Shown piece by piece: positions 52,623-62,700 of a stretch of 64,000 nt of DNA (position 1 is its first letter; each line of letters begins with the position of its first letter). The stretch is from NCBI GenBank assembly GCA_963772365.1, contig CAVYXA010000003.1:320001-384000 (forward strand), given 5' to 3'. Under the pieces are notes generated by a model that did not search any database, had not been told where the DNA came from, and saw nothing but the letters and a program-made list of their open reading frames with translations. Made by a program: the position numbers and the translations under genes. This DNA comes from an uncultured Verrucomicrobiae bacterium (GTDB taxonomy: Bacteria; Verrucomicrobiota; Verrucomicrobiia; Chthoniobacterales; UBA10450).

Positions 52623-53276
52623 ATGGCAGATGCAGCGATCGAATTACGTTCGGCGCGATCGCGGGGTGAAGACCTCCGTCTCGCGCTTCTGCTTACTTAC
52701 ATCACGCTTGGGTGGATGACGATCGAGGGCGCGGCCTCGCTTCTGCTGGGCTGGGCGTCGAAAAGTCTTCTGCTCGAAGCGTTCGGGATCGACAGTGTGA
52801 TCGAACTCTTCAGCGCTGCGGTCTTGCTCTGGCGATTACGTGTGGAAGCGAGCGGTAGCGCGACACCGCAATGCGCTGAGGAGGTTGAGCGGCGCGCGTC
52901 GCGTTACATTGGCTATTCGTTGTACGCGCTGGTCGTATACGTGATCCTCAACTCCGGCTACGGATTGCTTATCGCGCGGATCACCGACACGCATGAAAGT
53001 GTCTGGGGCATCCTCATCGGTTTGGTGGCGAAGATCGGGATGCCGATTCTCGCCGGTTACAAACTGAAAGTAGCGGCGCGATTGAACTCCCGCGCCCTGC
53101 GAGCAGACGCAATCGAGTCGATCACATGCGGATACTTGTCGATCGTTCTGATGGGCGGTCTGGCCGCGACCCGGATCCTCGGCTGGTGGTGGCTGGACAG
53201 CGTCGCAGCACTCGCGCTGATTCCATTTCTAATCCAGGAAGGTTACGCCGCTATTCGCGGCGAATGCTGCGCCTGA
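52623..53276 (+). CDS. CDF-like cation transporter (membrane domain only)
   Basis: FGIDSVIE, LRADAIESITC, GWWWLDSVAAL. Confidence 0.8.
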   Translation: MADAAIELRSARSRGEDLRLALLLTYITLGWMTIEGAASLLLGWASKSLLLEAFGIDSVIELFSAAVLLWRLRVEASGSATPQCAEEVERRASRYIGYSLYALVVYVILNSGYGLLIARITDTHESVWGILIGLVAKIGMPILAGYKLKVAARLNSRALRADAIESITCGYLSIVLMGGLAATRILGWWWLDSVAALALIPFLIQEGYAAIRGECCA

Positions 53277-53291
53277 CGATCCGCTTTGTAT

Positions 53292-54446
53292 TTATCGATC
53301 CACTTCGCCCATGACGATGTCGATGCTGCCGAGGATGACCATCACATCGGCGACGGTGTGGCCGAGACACATATCTTCCAGCACCGTGAGATTGATGAAG
53401 CTGGGCGGGCGGACGCGATAGCGATACGGATTTGTTCCGCCGTCGCTGATCAAATAAAAACCGAGTTCACCTTTTGGCGCTTCGATCCGCCCGTAAGCTT
53501 CTCCAACAGGCGGCCGGAAGGCGCGGACTTTTACTTTCGGATTCATGATCGGCCCGGCCGGGATTTGTTCGAGCGCCTGTTTTAGGATTCCGATGCTTTC
53601 TCGCATTTCCAGCGCGCGCATCATCAACCGATCGTATGTATCGCCATGTTCGCCTAACGGGACGCGGAATTTGAATCGCGGATAAAATCCGTAGCCGTCC
53701 ACTTTGCGGATATCGTAGTTCACTCCGCACGCGCGCAGCATTGGGCCGGTGATGCCGGCGTTGATTGCCAGTTCCGCCGAAAGGCTCCCGACATTTTGCG
53801 TGCGCCCGATCACGATTTCGTTGCCGAGAATGAGTTCCTCGAATTCATCGAGAAACTTCGGGAAACGATCGACAATTTTTTTTGCTGCACTGAGCCAGTC
53901 TGAACTGGGATCAACCCGACAGCCGCCAAACCGCATGTAATCGCACATCATCCGCGCGCCTGACAGAGACTCGAACAGATCGAGAATCTTCTCGCGCTCG
54001 CGAAACGCATACATCAGCGGCGTCCCCCAGGCTCCCATGTCGCTGAGGAGAAACCCAAGCAACGAGGCGTGATTTTGCAGTCGAGTGAGCTCTGCCAGGA
54101 TAATTCTAAGGTACTCGGCGCGCTCCGGAACTTCGATACCGGCGAGCTGTTCCACACTGAGCGCGTAGGCCCAGTTGTTGGTCATGGAACAAAAATAATC
54201 GAGCCGATCTGTGTACGGCATGGATCCAAGATAAGTCGTTTGCTCGCCGATCTTCTCGTGGTTTCGATGCAGGTAACCGAAGACCGGTTTGAGCTTTCGA
54301 ACAATCTCGCCCTCGAGCGCCACGTTCATCCGAAACACGCCGTGCGTGGAGGGATGCTGCGGTCCCATCGACACTTCCAGCAACTCGCCTTCGATCCGCG
54401 AAGTCATTCCCGCTGGCGGTTCCAAGCTTTGAATTGTTGCGCTCAT
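53292..54446 (-). CDS. nuoD: NADH-quinone oxidoreductase subunit D
   Basis: [40 protein letters not shown]. Confidence 0.95.
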   Translation of the reverse strand: MSATIQSLEPPAGMTSRIEGELLEVSMGPQHPSTHGVFRMNVALEGEIVRKLKPVFGYLHRNHEKIGEQTTYLGSMPYTDRLDYFCSMTNNWAYALSVEQLAGIEVPERAEYLRIILAELTRLQNHASLLGFLLSDMGAWGTPLMYAFREREKILDLFESLSGARMMCDYMRFGGCRVDPSSDWLSAAKKIVDRFPKFLDEFEELILGNEIVIGRTQNVGSLSAELAINAGITGPMLRACGVNYDIRKVDGYGFYPRFKFRVPLGEHGDTYDRLMMRALEMRESIGILKQALEQIPAGPIMNPKVKVRAFRPPVGEAYGRIEAPKGELGFYLISDGGTNPYRYRVRPPSFINLTVLEDMCLGHTVADVMVILGSIDIVMGEVDR

Positions 54447-54463
54447 CTTAAAATTTTGAAGCA

Positions 54464-54539
54464 GCCACGGATGAACACAGATTTACACGGATAAAAGCAA
54501 AATTTCTGTATCCGTGTTTCATCCGTGTGAATTTGTGGC
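54464..54539. repeat. Inverted CACGGAT nonamer repeat, in a 24-aa mini-ORF (54448-54522, - strand)
   Basis: GCCACGGATGAACACAGATTTACACGGAT...ATCCGTGTTTCATCCGTGTGAATTTGTGGC. Confidence 0.8.
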
Positions 54540-55190
54540 GGTAATCTCTTCCGCTCCGTCCGTTTGCGGCCGCGCTGTGTAGCGCTGCTTCGCCCGCTCC
54601 AGCACCTGATCATGCGGCGTCGGCTCGTATTCGTAATCGTCCGGTTCGCGATAATCTTTGCGCATCGGGAAATCTTCGAACTCCTCCCACATCAGAATCC
54701 TGCGCAAATCGGGATGGCCATCGAATTGAATCCCGTAAAGATCGAAAATTTCTCTCTCTTGTAATTCTGCACTTCGCCAAATCGGCGTAAGCGATGGAAG
54801 TCGCGCGGCTTGCCGGCCGAGTGTCTGCATTCGAATGATCAGCGGCCCGTGTTTGTGCGCCATCGAGTAAAGATGGTAAACGGCTTCCAAATAGCCGGGA
54901 ATTTTCTCTTCCGTCGTTTGAGCGACTTCTTTCTCGATGCCATCTACAACTTGCTTCAACTTCGTGGTTGTCTTGATCGTCCGGTCAAGCCAATCGACAC
55001 CGGTTACATTCGAACAGAAATCCAGGCGCAGCGCTGGATCATCTCGGAGAAATTTCGCAATTGTTGTTGCATGCTCACGATCAATTAGAAGTGACTGTTG
55101 CTGAGACGGACTTGTGTTTTGAACGATATCGATCCTCGTGCCGGGAACGGCGGCTTCGATACGGGATTTGATGTCGTCCAGCGATTCCAT
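54519..55190 (-). CDS. nuoC: NADH-quinone oxidoreductase subunit C
   Basis: VTGVDW, EAVYHLYS, QEREIFDLYGIQFDGHPDLRRILM, PMRKDY. Confidence 0.93.
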   Translation of the reverse strand: MESLDDIKSRIEAAVPGTRIDIVQNTSPSQQQSLLIDREHATTIAKFLRDDPALRLDFCSNVTGVDWLDRTIKTTTKLKQVVDGIEKEVAQTTEEKIPGYLEAVYHLYSMAHKHGPLIIRMQTLGRQAARLPSLTPIWRSAELQEREIFDLYGIQFDGHPDLRRILMWEEFEDFPMRKDYREPDDYEYEPTPHDQVLERAKQRYTARPQTDGAEEITATNSHG

Positions 55191-55203
55191 CACAAAAAGC
55201 GAG

Positions 55204-55291
55204 GGTGGATCGTGTTCTCCGAACACGATGTTAAATCAGACGCCGAAGGCGCAAATATTCTTAGCATCGTCTTCAGAGAAGCCGATCCACC
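55204..55291. repeat. GGTGGATCG-type REP doublet in a 35-aa mini-ORF (55190-55297, - strand)
   Basis: GGTGGATCGTGTTCTCCGAACACGATG...CATCGTCTTCAGAGAAGCCGATCCACC. Confidence 0.8.
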
Positions 55292-55293
55292 TT

Positions 55294-55932
55294 TCATCTC
55301 TCGATTTTCATCGGGTGAAATACGCCCGGGTTCGCGGGCGGCTCCAAATCGTGTTTGCCGAACGCAGGCACCGGAAATTCGCTCGGCTGTTCCGGTTTCA
55401 AGAAGTCCGCCTTGGCCGCGCCACTTAGCTTTTGATTGTCGATCTTGCGCTGCAATTCCATAAACGCGTGCAACAATGCCTCTGGCCGGGGTGGACAACC
55501 GGGAATGTAAACATCGACAGGAATGTAGCGATCAATTCCTTTCAGAACGTTGTAGCCTTGTTTGAATGGTCCGCCCGAGATCGCGCAAGCCCCCATCGAG
55601 ATCACATATTTCGGATCCGGCATCTGGTTGTAGAGCCGCACAATTTGCGGCGCCATCTTCTTCGTGACAGTGCCGGCTACAATCATCAAGTCGGCTTGTC
55701 GCGGTGAAGGCCGAAAAACTTCACCGCCGAAACGGGCAATATCATAACGCGACGCCGCCGTGGCGATCATCTCGATCGCGCAACAAGCCAGTCCGAACTG
55801 CAGCGGCCAGATCGAATTCTTGCGGCCCCAGTTGTAAAGCTCCTGCATCGACGTCACCCAGACGCCTTGCCGTTGCAGTTCGCTGCGCAGCTTTTCGTCG
55901 ATTCCCATATGCCTGTCCGGCTCGGACTTCAT
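55294..55932 (-). CDS. nuoB: NADH-quinone oxidoreductase subunit B
   Basis: [33 protein letters not shown]. Confidence 0.95.
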   Translation of the reverse strand: MKSEPDRHMGIDEKLRSELQRQGVWVTSMQELYNWGRKNSIWPLQFGLACCAIEMIATAASRYDIARFGGEVFRPSPRQADLMIVAGTVTKKMAPQIVRLYNQMPDPKYVISMGACAISGGPFKQGYNVLKGIDRYIPVDVYIPGCPPRPEALLHAFMELQRKIDNQKLSGAAKADFLKPEQPSEFPVPAFGKHDLEPPANPGVFHPMKIER

Positions 55933-56303
55933 TTCGCCCATTGTAAACATCCCTTGCCCCAAGCCCAAACCAACCCTTCAATCAGCAACAATAGAAAAAT
56001 AAGAATCGCAACAAACGCCCCGATTGGCAAACCAGTGAATGCCACTGCAAAAGGCACGAGAAAAATTGCCTCGACGTCGAAAATCAAAAAGATGATCGCG
56101 TAAAGATAATATTGCGATCGAAACTGGATCTGCGCGTCGCCGATCGATTCGACTCCGCATTCATAGATCGCATTCTTCTGAGCTCCCGGTTTCGGCGGCT
56201 GAAAGAATCTTCGCCACAGCCAGGCGAGCAACAGCGGCATCACCGGAAAAGCCAAGGCCACGCCGATAAAGATCACGATGAAGAGGTACGGATTCGGTGT
56301 CAC
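55929..56303 (-). CDS. nuoA: NADH-quinone oxidoreductase subunit A
   Basis: [19 protein letters not shown]; start taken at GTG 56303. Confidence 0.92.
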   Translation of the reverse strand: MTPNPYLFIVIFIGVALAFPVMPLLLAWLWRRFFQPPKPGAQKNAIYECGVESIGDAQIQFRSQYYLYAIIFLIFDVEAIFLVPFAVAFTGLPIGAFVAILIFLLLLIEGLVWAWGKGCLQWAK

Positions 56304-56450
56304 GAGATGAGATAATGAGCCACAGATGGATAAAGATTTACACAAATTTTTCTGAATGAGGAATCCATGACAAACCGGTAGCAATTCGGAGTCGTCTCCA
56401 CGGCTTGAAATTCATTCGGAAAGATCCGTTGGCGGGCCTATACTTTACCT

Positions 56451-56627
56451 GTGGAAAAGACGGCAAAGAAATTCCGCAACTTTGAAGAAGCTGAAAAAGC
56501 CGATCGCGATTTTTATAAGAAGCTCACCGGGAATGAGCGGCTGCAGATTTTGGTCGAACTCCTGAACCATGACCCTGAGCAAAGACTGGAGAGAGTTTCT
56601 CGAATTATTAAATTCCCGCGGCGTTGA
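56451..56627 (+). CDS. 58-aa partner of the nucleotidyltransferase (absent from the ORF track)
   Basis: GTG start: MEKTAKKFRNFEEAEKADRDFYKKLTGNERLQILVELL...; TATACT at -12 to -7; overlaps the NTase start. Confidence 0.7.
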   Translation: MEKTAKKFRNFEEAEKADRDFYKKLTGNERLQILVELLNHDPEQRLERVSRIIKFPRR

Positions 56628-57009
56628 ATACGTGATCGTCGGCGCACAGAGTCTCGCGTTTCACGGACGGCCACGATACACAGGCGATCTCGACATTCTC
56701 ATTCGCGCGACGCCAGCGAATGCGCGGACTCTCGTCCGCCTTTTGAATGATTTCGGGTTTGGCCAATCTGCTTTTAAGGAAGCCGATTTTCTTGAGCCCG
56801 AACAAGTGATTCAGCTTGGGCGAACGCCGGGGCGCATAGACCTGCTCACAAGTATCAACGGTGTGAGCGACGATGAGGCTTTTTTAACCAAGATCGCAGC
56901 CGAACTTGATGGCGTGCCGGTTTTCATCCTGAGCAAAGAATCACTAATCAAGAATAAGCGCGCTGTAGCTCGTCCCCAGGACTTGGCAGATCTCGAAACA
57001 TTGGGCTGA
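56569..57009 (+). CDS. Nucleotidyltransferase-like protein
   Basis: YVIVGAQSLAFHGRPRYTGDLDI, KNKRAVARPQDLADL. Confidence 0.85.
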   Translation: MTLSKDWREFLELLNSRGVEYVIVGAQSLAFHGRPRYTGDLDILIRATPANARTLVRLLNDFGFGQSAFKEADFLEPEQVIQLGRTPGRIDLLTSINGVSDDEAFLTKIAAELDGVPVFILSKESLIKNKRAVARPQDLADLETLG

Positions 57010-57054
57010 CTTTTTCTTGATTCCCGATTCGCTCACCGCTTTTCTTCTTGGTCA

Positions 57055-58245
57055 ATGAAAGGCGGCGCTGTCGATCAAATCTTTGCCTCGGCAAAAGCGT
57101 GGCTGCTTTCTTTTCTGGCCGGCGTGCCGGATTGGGTTATTGAGATCGTTTCCAGCCTCATCAATATCGTCGCGTTACTCGCGGTTTTCCTGACTCTCTT
57201 CGCGCTGATGTCGGTTTTGGAGCGAAAGATTCTTGGCCGGATGCAGAATCGCTACGGCCCAAACCGGGTCGGGCCATTTGGTCTCCTTCAACCGGTTGCC
57301 GATGGAATCAAAATGTTAACCAAAGAAGACGTAGTCCCTGCGCGAGCGGATAAGCTTGTTCATTTCCTTGCGCCGATTCTAATCGCTGCCGCGGCGATTC
57401 TCGCTTTAGGCGTGATTCCCTATGGCCGCAACATGACGCCGTTCTCGATCGACGGCGGGATTCTATTCTTTTTCGCCGTAGGATCGACAAACGAACTCGC
57501 CGTTTTCATGGCGGGTTGGGGGAGTAACAACAAATTTTCCATGTTGGGGGCGATGCGGGCGATCGCGCAGATGATCAGCTACGAATTGCCGCTCATCATT
57601 ACGGTCCTGCCTGTGGTGATGATTGTCGGCTCGCTCACGCCTGACGCGATTGTCGATGCTCAAGGCGGCTACACCTTTGGAGTTGTGCCGCGCTGGTTTG
57701 TTCTCACACCGTGGGGGGGAGTGGGCTTCATCCTGTTTTTCGTGTCGGGTTTAGTGGAGTCTAATCGCACACCGTTCGACGTGCCCGAGGGCGAATCGGA
57801 AATCGTGGCCGGACACATGACCGAATATTCCGGATTCAAATACGCCACGTTTTTCATGGCCGAATATCTGGGAATGTTTGCCGTTAGCGGTCTGGGGGCA
57901 ACGCTGTTTCTCGGGGGCTGGCACGCGCCGCTGCGGGTACTCGAATTTATCCCGTCTTACGTCTGGTTTTTCGCAAAGTTGTCTGTGTTGCTTTTCGTTT
58001 ACGTTTGGGCTCGGGCAACCTTGCCGCGCATTCGCGTCGATCAGATGATGAATTTCGCTTGGAAATTCATGTTGCCGATGTCGTTCACTTGCATCATCGC
58101 AGCGGCCGTTTGGCACTACACCGGGCGCCAATTACGAGGATGGCTTTGGTCGCTGGTTGTGATCGCAACGGTTTACGTTGCATTGTCGATCCTGCTCGAC
58201 ACAAAAAGAAAATTTGCGCCCCGCGTGTATCGATTTGCCGAATGA
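57055..58245 (+). CDS. nuoH: NADH-quinone oxidoreductase subunit H
   Basis: ERKILGRMQNRYGPNRVGP, ADGIKMLTKED, NRTPFDVPEGESEIVAG. Confidence 0.96.
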   Translation: MKGGAVDQIFASAKAWLLSFLAGVPDWVIEIVSSLINIVALLAVFLTLFALMSVLERKILGRMQNRYGPNRVGPFGLLQPVADGIKMLTKEDVVPARADKLVHFLAPILIAAAAILALGVIPYGRNMTPFSIDGGILFFFAVGSTNELAVFMAGWGSNNKFSMLGAMRAIAQMISYELPLIITVLPVVMIVGSLTPDAIVDAQGGYTFGVVPRWFVLTPWGGVGFILFFVSGLVESNRTPFDVPEGESEIVAGHMTEYSGFKYATFFMAEYLGMFAVSGLGATLFLGGWHAPLRVLEFIPSYVWFFAKLSVLLFVYVWARATLPRIRVDQMMNFAWKFMLPMSFTCIIAAAVWHYTGRQLRGWLWSLVVIATVYVALSILLDTKRKFAPRVYRFAE

Positions 58246-58267
58246 ACAATTTCACATCTGCCTGTTC

Positions 58268-58334
58268 AGTTGTAGGGCAAGCGCATCGCTTGGCAAATCA
58301 TGCACCCGGCAGGCGGTGCGCCTGCCCTACAACT
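58268..58334. repeat. GTAG-type REP doublet in a 34-aa mini-ORF (58242-58346, + strand)
   Basis: AGTTGTAGGGCAAGCGCATCGCTTG...GGCAGGCGGTGCGCCTGCCCTACAACT. Confidence 0.85.
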
Positions 58335-58342
58335 TTCCGCCA

Positions 58343-58825
58343 TTGAATACAGCAGCGTTCATCATTATCGCGGTTCTTACGCTCGCGGCCGGACTGGCGG
58401 CGGCGACGTTGCCCAAGCTCATGCACGCGGCGCTCAGCTTCGCAGTTTTGTTTGTGGGCGTGGCGGCGTTTTTCTTTCTGCTCGGAGCGGAGTTCGTCGG
58501 CCTGGTTCAAATTTTCGTCTACATCGGCGCGGTTGCGGTTCTCATCGTGTTCACGATTTTGCTTACCCGTAGAGACGTGGAAAAGGATCGAGGCTTCAAT
58601 TGGTCCGGCGTTATCGTGGCTATCGCGGTGTTCGCTGGATTGATTTTGACGATTCTGAAGACATCAGCGCTTGGTGTCGGCGCGCCACCGATTGAATCGC
58701 TCACCGTTAAACGAATCGGCGAGGTCCTCATGTCCGATTATGTGTGGCCGCTGCAATGCGTGGGTCTTCTGCTCACGGCAGCGCTCATTGGGGCGCTGGT
58801 TCTTGTGATGAATGAAAAGGAATGA
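58343..58825 (+). CDS. nuoJ: NADH-quinone oxidoreductase subunit J
   Basis: TTG start; HAALS, AEFVGLVQIFVYIGAVAVL, LLLTAALIGA. Confidence 0.9.
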   Translation: MNTAAFIIIAVLTLAAGLAAATLPKLMHAALSFAVLFVGVAAFFFLLGAEFVGLVQIFVYIGAVAVLIVFTILLTRRDVEKDRGFNWSGVIVAIAVFAGLILTILKTSALGVGAPPIESLTVKRIGEVLMSDYVWPLQCVGLLLTAALIGALVLVMNEKE

Positions 58826-58911
58826 AAAGTTAAATGATTGAAAAGTTAAAAAGTTAAATTGACCCAGCCACAGACTCCCTTTGTAACCATTTAACCTTTT
58901 AACTTTTTAAC
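58825..58911. repeat. Inverted AAAAGTTA/TAACTTTT octamer repeat
   Basis: AAAAGTTAAATGATTGAAAAGTTAAAAAGTTAAA...TAACCATTTAACCTTTTAACTTTTTAAC. Confidence 0.8.
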
Positions 58912-58920
58912 TCGATTGAG

Positions 58921-59235
58921 ATGACCCCAACACTCCAAATCATTCTCATCGTTTCCGCGGCATTATTTTGCCTGGGTCTGCTTGCCGCCCTGAGCCGGCG
59001 CCACGCCATTTTCATTTTGATCGGGATCGAGATGATGCTGGCCGCGGCCAACATCAATTTTATCGCCTTCTGGCGTTTCAGCGACCAAACCCAGCAGCCG
59101 ATCGGCGTGATGATCGCAATCTTTTCCATCGCCATAGCTCCGGCCGAATGGACTGTCGGTCTGGCGATGGTGATTGCTGTTTACCGTCATTATCGCACGA
59201 CGAATGTCGATCAACTCAATCAGCTCAAAGGATGA
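58921..59235 (+). CDS. nuoK: NADH-quinone oxidoreductase subunit K
   Basis: IGIEMMLAAANINFIAF, AEWTVGLA, QLKG. Confidence 0.92.
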   Translation: MTPTLQIILIVSAALFCLGLLAALSRRHAIFILIGIEMMLAAANINFIAFWRFSDQTQQPIGVMIAIFSIAIAPAEWTVGLAMVIAVYRHYRTTNVDQLNQLKG

Positions 59236-61220
59236 ACGGCTGGATCGTTGAGTATCTCTGGTTGATTCCCGCGATTCCGTTGGCCGGTTCGCTGGTGATT
59301 TTGAGTTTGGCGAAATCACGGCGCAAGGCCGCGGTTTTTGTTGCAGTGGTGGGGCAAATCGCTGCGCTTACTCTGTCGATCTTCGCTTTCGCCTGGACGC
59401 TCCAAGTCCCCGGTCTGCATGCGCCTCGCAATTTTGATTGGTTTACTTTTGGCGGCCAAGTGCTGCGCATCGGTTTTGTTCTCGATCCACTCGCTGCCGC
59501 CATGCTCGTGATGATCACCCTGGTTGGACTGTGCATTTTCATTTTCAGCATCGGCTACATGGCCGAAGACAAGAATTTCACTCGATTCTTTGCCTATCTG
59601 TCATTTTTCTCGGCGGCAATGCTTGGCGTTGTCATCGCCAACAGTTTGCTTCTGCTGTTCATTTGCTGGGAATTAGTCGGACTCGCTTCGTATCTGCTCA
59701 TTGGATTTTGGATCGAACGGCCCAGCGCGCCCGCGGCCGCGAAGAAAGCATTTATCACCACGCGGATTGGCGACATGGGATTTTTCCTTGGAATGCTTTG
59801 GCTATATGGCCGAACCGAAACGCTGCTTTTTTATGACAACGGCCACGGTTGTCTGGAAAGCGGTGGGCTCGCTACGATCGGTGCAAGCGCGACTTTTATC
59901 GCATTGCTGATTTTCTGTGGCGCTATCGGGAAATCGGGACAATTCCCGCTACACGTCTGGTTACCAGACGCGATGGAAGGACCGACACCGGTAAGCGCAT
60001 TGATTCACGCCGCAACGATGGTCGCCGCAGGTGTATTTCTCGTCGCGCGGACTTATCCAATTTTCTCTTTGGGCGCGATCAACGGAGTTACGCCTTCATT
60101 GACGGTCGTGGTTTGGATCGGTGTCGTCACGGGATTGATGGCGGCGCTCATTGCCATTGCTCAACCAGACATCAAACGAATTCTGGCTTATTCGACTGTT
60201 TCGCAGCTTGGCTTAATGATGGTCTCGCTAGGCGTAGGTGGAGTTGCGGCTGGGATCATGCATCTCCTGGCCCACGGATTCTTCAAAGCGCTTTTGTTTC
60301 TGGGATCAGGCTCGATGATCCATGGCTGCCATCACGAACAGGACATTCGCAAAATGGGAGGTCTGCGCCGTGCGATGCCAGTCACATTTATCACTTACGC
60401 GATCGGAATGATGGCGCTTAGCGGTGTGCCATTCTTTTTTTCCGGTGCATGGACGAAAGAACAAATCGTCCACGAAACGGCAGAGTGGCCGCCGTCGCAC
60501 ATTCCATATTATTTGACGCTGGCGGGTGTGGTTTTGACTGCGCTCTACATGACGCGGCAGATCATCTATGTCTTTTTCGGCAACGCGCGGGAGGCAGCGC
60601 GAAGCGCGCATGAAAGCCCGAGGGTGATGACATGGCCGTTGGTCGTGCTTGCCCTCTGCACAATTGGATTCAGCGTGGTGCTGACCCCGGCCTGGCCGTG
60701 GCTCTATTACTACCTGTTAGGGGAGCCGAATGTCAGGCCGACCTCATTGATTCAACCGATGCTGATCATTTCGCTGGCACTCGTGGTAATCGGTATTGGC
60801 GTCGCACTTCTCATCTATCGCAATGTCGGCATGCAGGATCGGACGATCGATGTCGATCCGCTGGAGAATCTGCAGCCCGCATTGTTTCGCTTTCTCGAGC
60901 GAAAAATGTGGATCGACGAATTCTATGAGAACACCGTGCTCCGCTGGAGCAAACTGCTTTCGCGTTTCTCCGATTTGATGGATCGCTATTTCTGGGATGG
61001 CTTGGTTCGGGCAATTGGCGGTCTGGGCCAGCTTTTCGGGAGATTTACCATGGGGATCGATGAGCGCGCGATTAATGCCGGTGTCGATGAAACAACAACA
61101 GGCGCGCGTGATTTCGGTCGCATAATTTCCGCAGCGCATTCCGGTCAAATCCAACTTTATCTCGGCATCGTCGCTATCGGTATGATCGCGCTCTTGCTTC
61201 TTTACGCATGGTTGGGCTAA
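59232..61220 (+). CDS. nuoL: NADH-quinone oxidoreductase subunit L
   Basis: ATG overlapping the nuoK stop; WELVGLASY, GKSGQFPLHVWLPDAMEGPTPVSALIHAATMV, HGFFKALLFL. Confidence 0.95.
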   Translation: MNGWIVEYLWLIPAIPLAGSLVILSLAKSRRKAAVFVAVVGQIAALTLSIFAFAWTLQVPGLHAPRNFDWFTFGGQVLRIGFVLDPLAAAMLVMITLVGLCIFIFSIGYMAEDKNFTRFFAYLSFFSAAMLGVVIANSLLLLFICWELVGLASYLLIGFWIERPSAPAAAKKAFITTRIGDMGFFLGMLWLYGRTETLLFYDNGHGCLESGGLATIGASATFIALLIFCGAIGKSGQFPLHVWLPDAMEGPTPVSALIHAATMVAAGVFLVARTYPIFSLGAINGVTPSLTVVVWIGVVTGLMAALIAIAQPDIKRILAYSTVSQLGLMMVSLGVGGVAAGIMHLLAHGFFKALLFLGSGSMIHGCHHEQDIRKMGGLRRAMPVTFITYAIGMMALSGVPFFFSGAWTKEQIVHETAEWPPSHIPYYLTLAGVVLTALYMTRQIIYVFFGNAREAARSAHESPRVMTWPLVVLALCTIGFSVVLTPAWPWLYYYLLGEPNVRPTSLIQPMLIISLALVVIGIGVALLIYRNVGMQDRTIDVDPLENLQPALFRFLERKMWIDEFYENTVLRWSKLLSRFSDLMDRYFWDGLVRAIGGLGQLFGRFTMGIDERAINAGVDETTTGARDFGRIISAAHSGQIQLYLGIVAIGMIALLLLYAWLG

Positions 61221-62689
61221 TCACGATTCTCATCATTATTCCGGTAGCGGGTGCGATTGCGCTTTACGTCGCTCCGGGGCGAATGATCCATCCGAGAAGG
61301 ATCACTCTTTTCTTCAATGCGCTTGCGGTTGTTTGCGCGATCATGCTCTGGCAAAGCTTCGACAATTCTGCAGCCGGTCTTCAACTCGTCGAACGGCACA
61401 ATTGGATTCCCGCAATTGGCGCAGAATACCTCCTGGGAGTGGATGGATTGAGTCTGCTTCTCGTCTTGTTGACGACACTCCTGATCCCATTCGCAATTCT
61501 CGCTCAACGCCTCCAGCGCGGTGCATGCGCGCTGCTTTTGATAATGCAAGCGGCTCTCTACGGCACGTTCACCGCCGAAAATTTCGTTCTCTGGTTTTTG
61601 TTTTACGAGATGAGCCTGATCCCGGCATTTCTGTTGATCAAAATCTGGGGCGGCGAAAAACGAGATCGGGCTGCGATCAAATTTTTTCTCTACACTTTCC
61701 TTGGCAGTGTAGCGATGCTGCTGGCCTTCCTGGGAATTTATTTTTCCAAGGGCACTTTCGATTTTGGGCGACTTACCGATCTGGCGAAAACTGGTCCTTT
61801 GTTGAACGGCGAGTTCGTCTGGCTGGCATTCGCGGGAGTCTTTTTAGGTCTAGCGGTAAAAGTGCCGCTGTTTCCTTTTCATACCTGGCTGCCCGATGCT
61901 TACGAAACGGCGCCGACCGGAGTGTCGATGGTGCTGACTGGCGTGCTCTCAAAAATGGGTGTTTACGGCTTCATCCGTCTGCTGCTACCGCTTTTTCCTA
62001 ACGAGATAAAAACCATCGGTCCCTGGCTGCTGGTGCTGGCCGTTTGTTCGATCGTGTTCGCGCCATTGGCGGCGTGGGCCCAGCGCGATTTGAAACGAAT
62101 GATCGCCTACCTGTCGATTAATCATCTCGGGTATTGCATGCTCGGTTTGTTCGTTATCAGCGCGACCTCGGCTTCATCTGCAATCGATACGCAAGCGGCG
62201 TTGAGCGGCGTTTTCATTCAGATGTTCAATCACGGAATCACTGCTGCCACTTTGTTCTATTTCGCCGGTTTACTTGAGCAACGCTGCGGTTTCCGCAACA
62301 TCGACAGTTTCGGCGGGCTCATGCAGCGTACTCCGCTGCTTTGCGGCTGGATGAGCGCGGCCATGTTTTCATCGCTCGGCTTGCCCGGCCTCAATGGATT
62401 CATTGGTGAATTCCTGATCTTCAAGGGTTCATTCGCGCTTGCTGCCATCTTCACGTCCATCGCCGTGCTCGGTCTATTGTTTACCGCGGTGACCTTCATG
62501 CGCGCGATGCAATCTCTCTTCAGCGGACCGCTGGCGACGAGCTGCCAATCGATTGTCGATCTTACGCGCGGCGAAAAATTCGTCATTGTCCCGATCACGC
62601 TGCTCATGTTCGCCATCGGCATCGCGCCGCAATTCATGTTCAGTCTGTTCAACACGACCGTAGCCCAAATGACGCGTTTGCTCGGTTAA
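61208..62689 (+). CDS. nuoM: NADH-quinone oxidoreductase subunit M (copy 1)
   Basis: GVDGLS, FYEMSLIP, KVPLFPFHTWLPDA, SLGLPGLNGFIGEF. Confidence 0.93.
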   Translation: MVGLITILIIIPVAGAIALYVAPGRMIHPRRITLFFNALAVVCAIMLWQSFDNSAAGLQLVERHNWIPAIGAEYLLGVDGLSLLLVLLTTLLIPFAILAQRLQRGACALLLIMQAALYGTFTAENFVLWFLFYEMSLIPAFLLIKIWGGEKRDRAAIKFFLYTFLGSVAMLLAFLGIYFSKGTFDFGRLTDLAKTGPLLNGEFVWLAFAGVFLGLAVKVPLFPFHTWLPDAYETAPTGVSMVLTGVLSKMGVYGFIRLLLPLFPNEIKTIGPWLLVLAVCSIVFAPLAAWAQRDLKRMIAYLSINHLGYCMLGLFVISATSASSAIDTQAALSGVFIQMFNHGITAATLFYFAGLLEQRCGFRNIDSFGGLMQRTPLLCGWMSAAMFSSLGLPGLNGFIGEFLIFKGSFALAAIFTSIAVLGLLFTAVTFMRAMQSLFSGPLATSCQSIVDLTRGEKFVIVPITLLMFAIGIAPQFMFSLFNTTVAQMTRLLG

Positions 62690-62700
62690 GAATCGTTCAG

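Noticed and set aside
53292..55932. nuoBCD as a group 4 [NiFe]-hydrogenase
   Set aside because: The large subunit lacks both CxxC Ni-binding motifs (C-terminus is DIVMGEVDR), so it is complex I-like
59130..59165. NuoK AIAPAEWTVGLA deviation as a sign of inactivation
   Set aside because: Both conserved Glu residues remain and the frame is intact; it cannot be judged without an alignment
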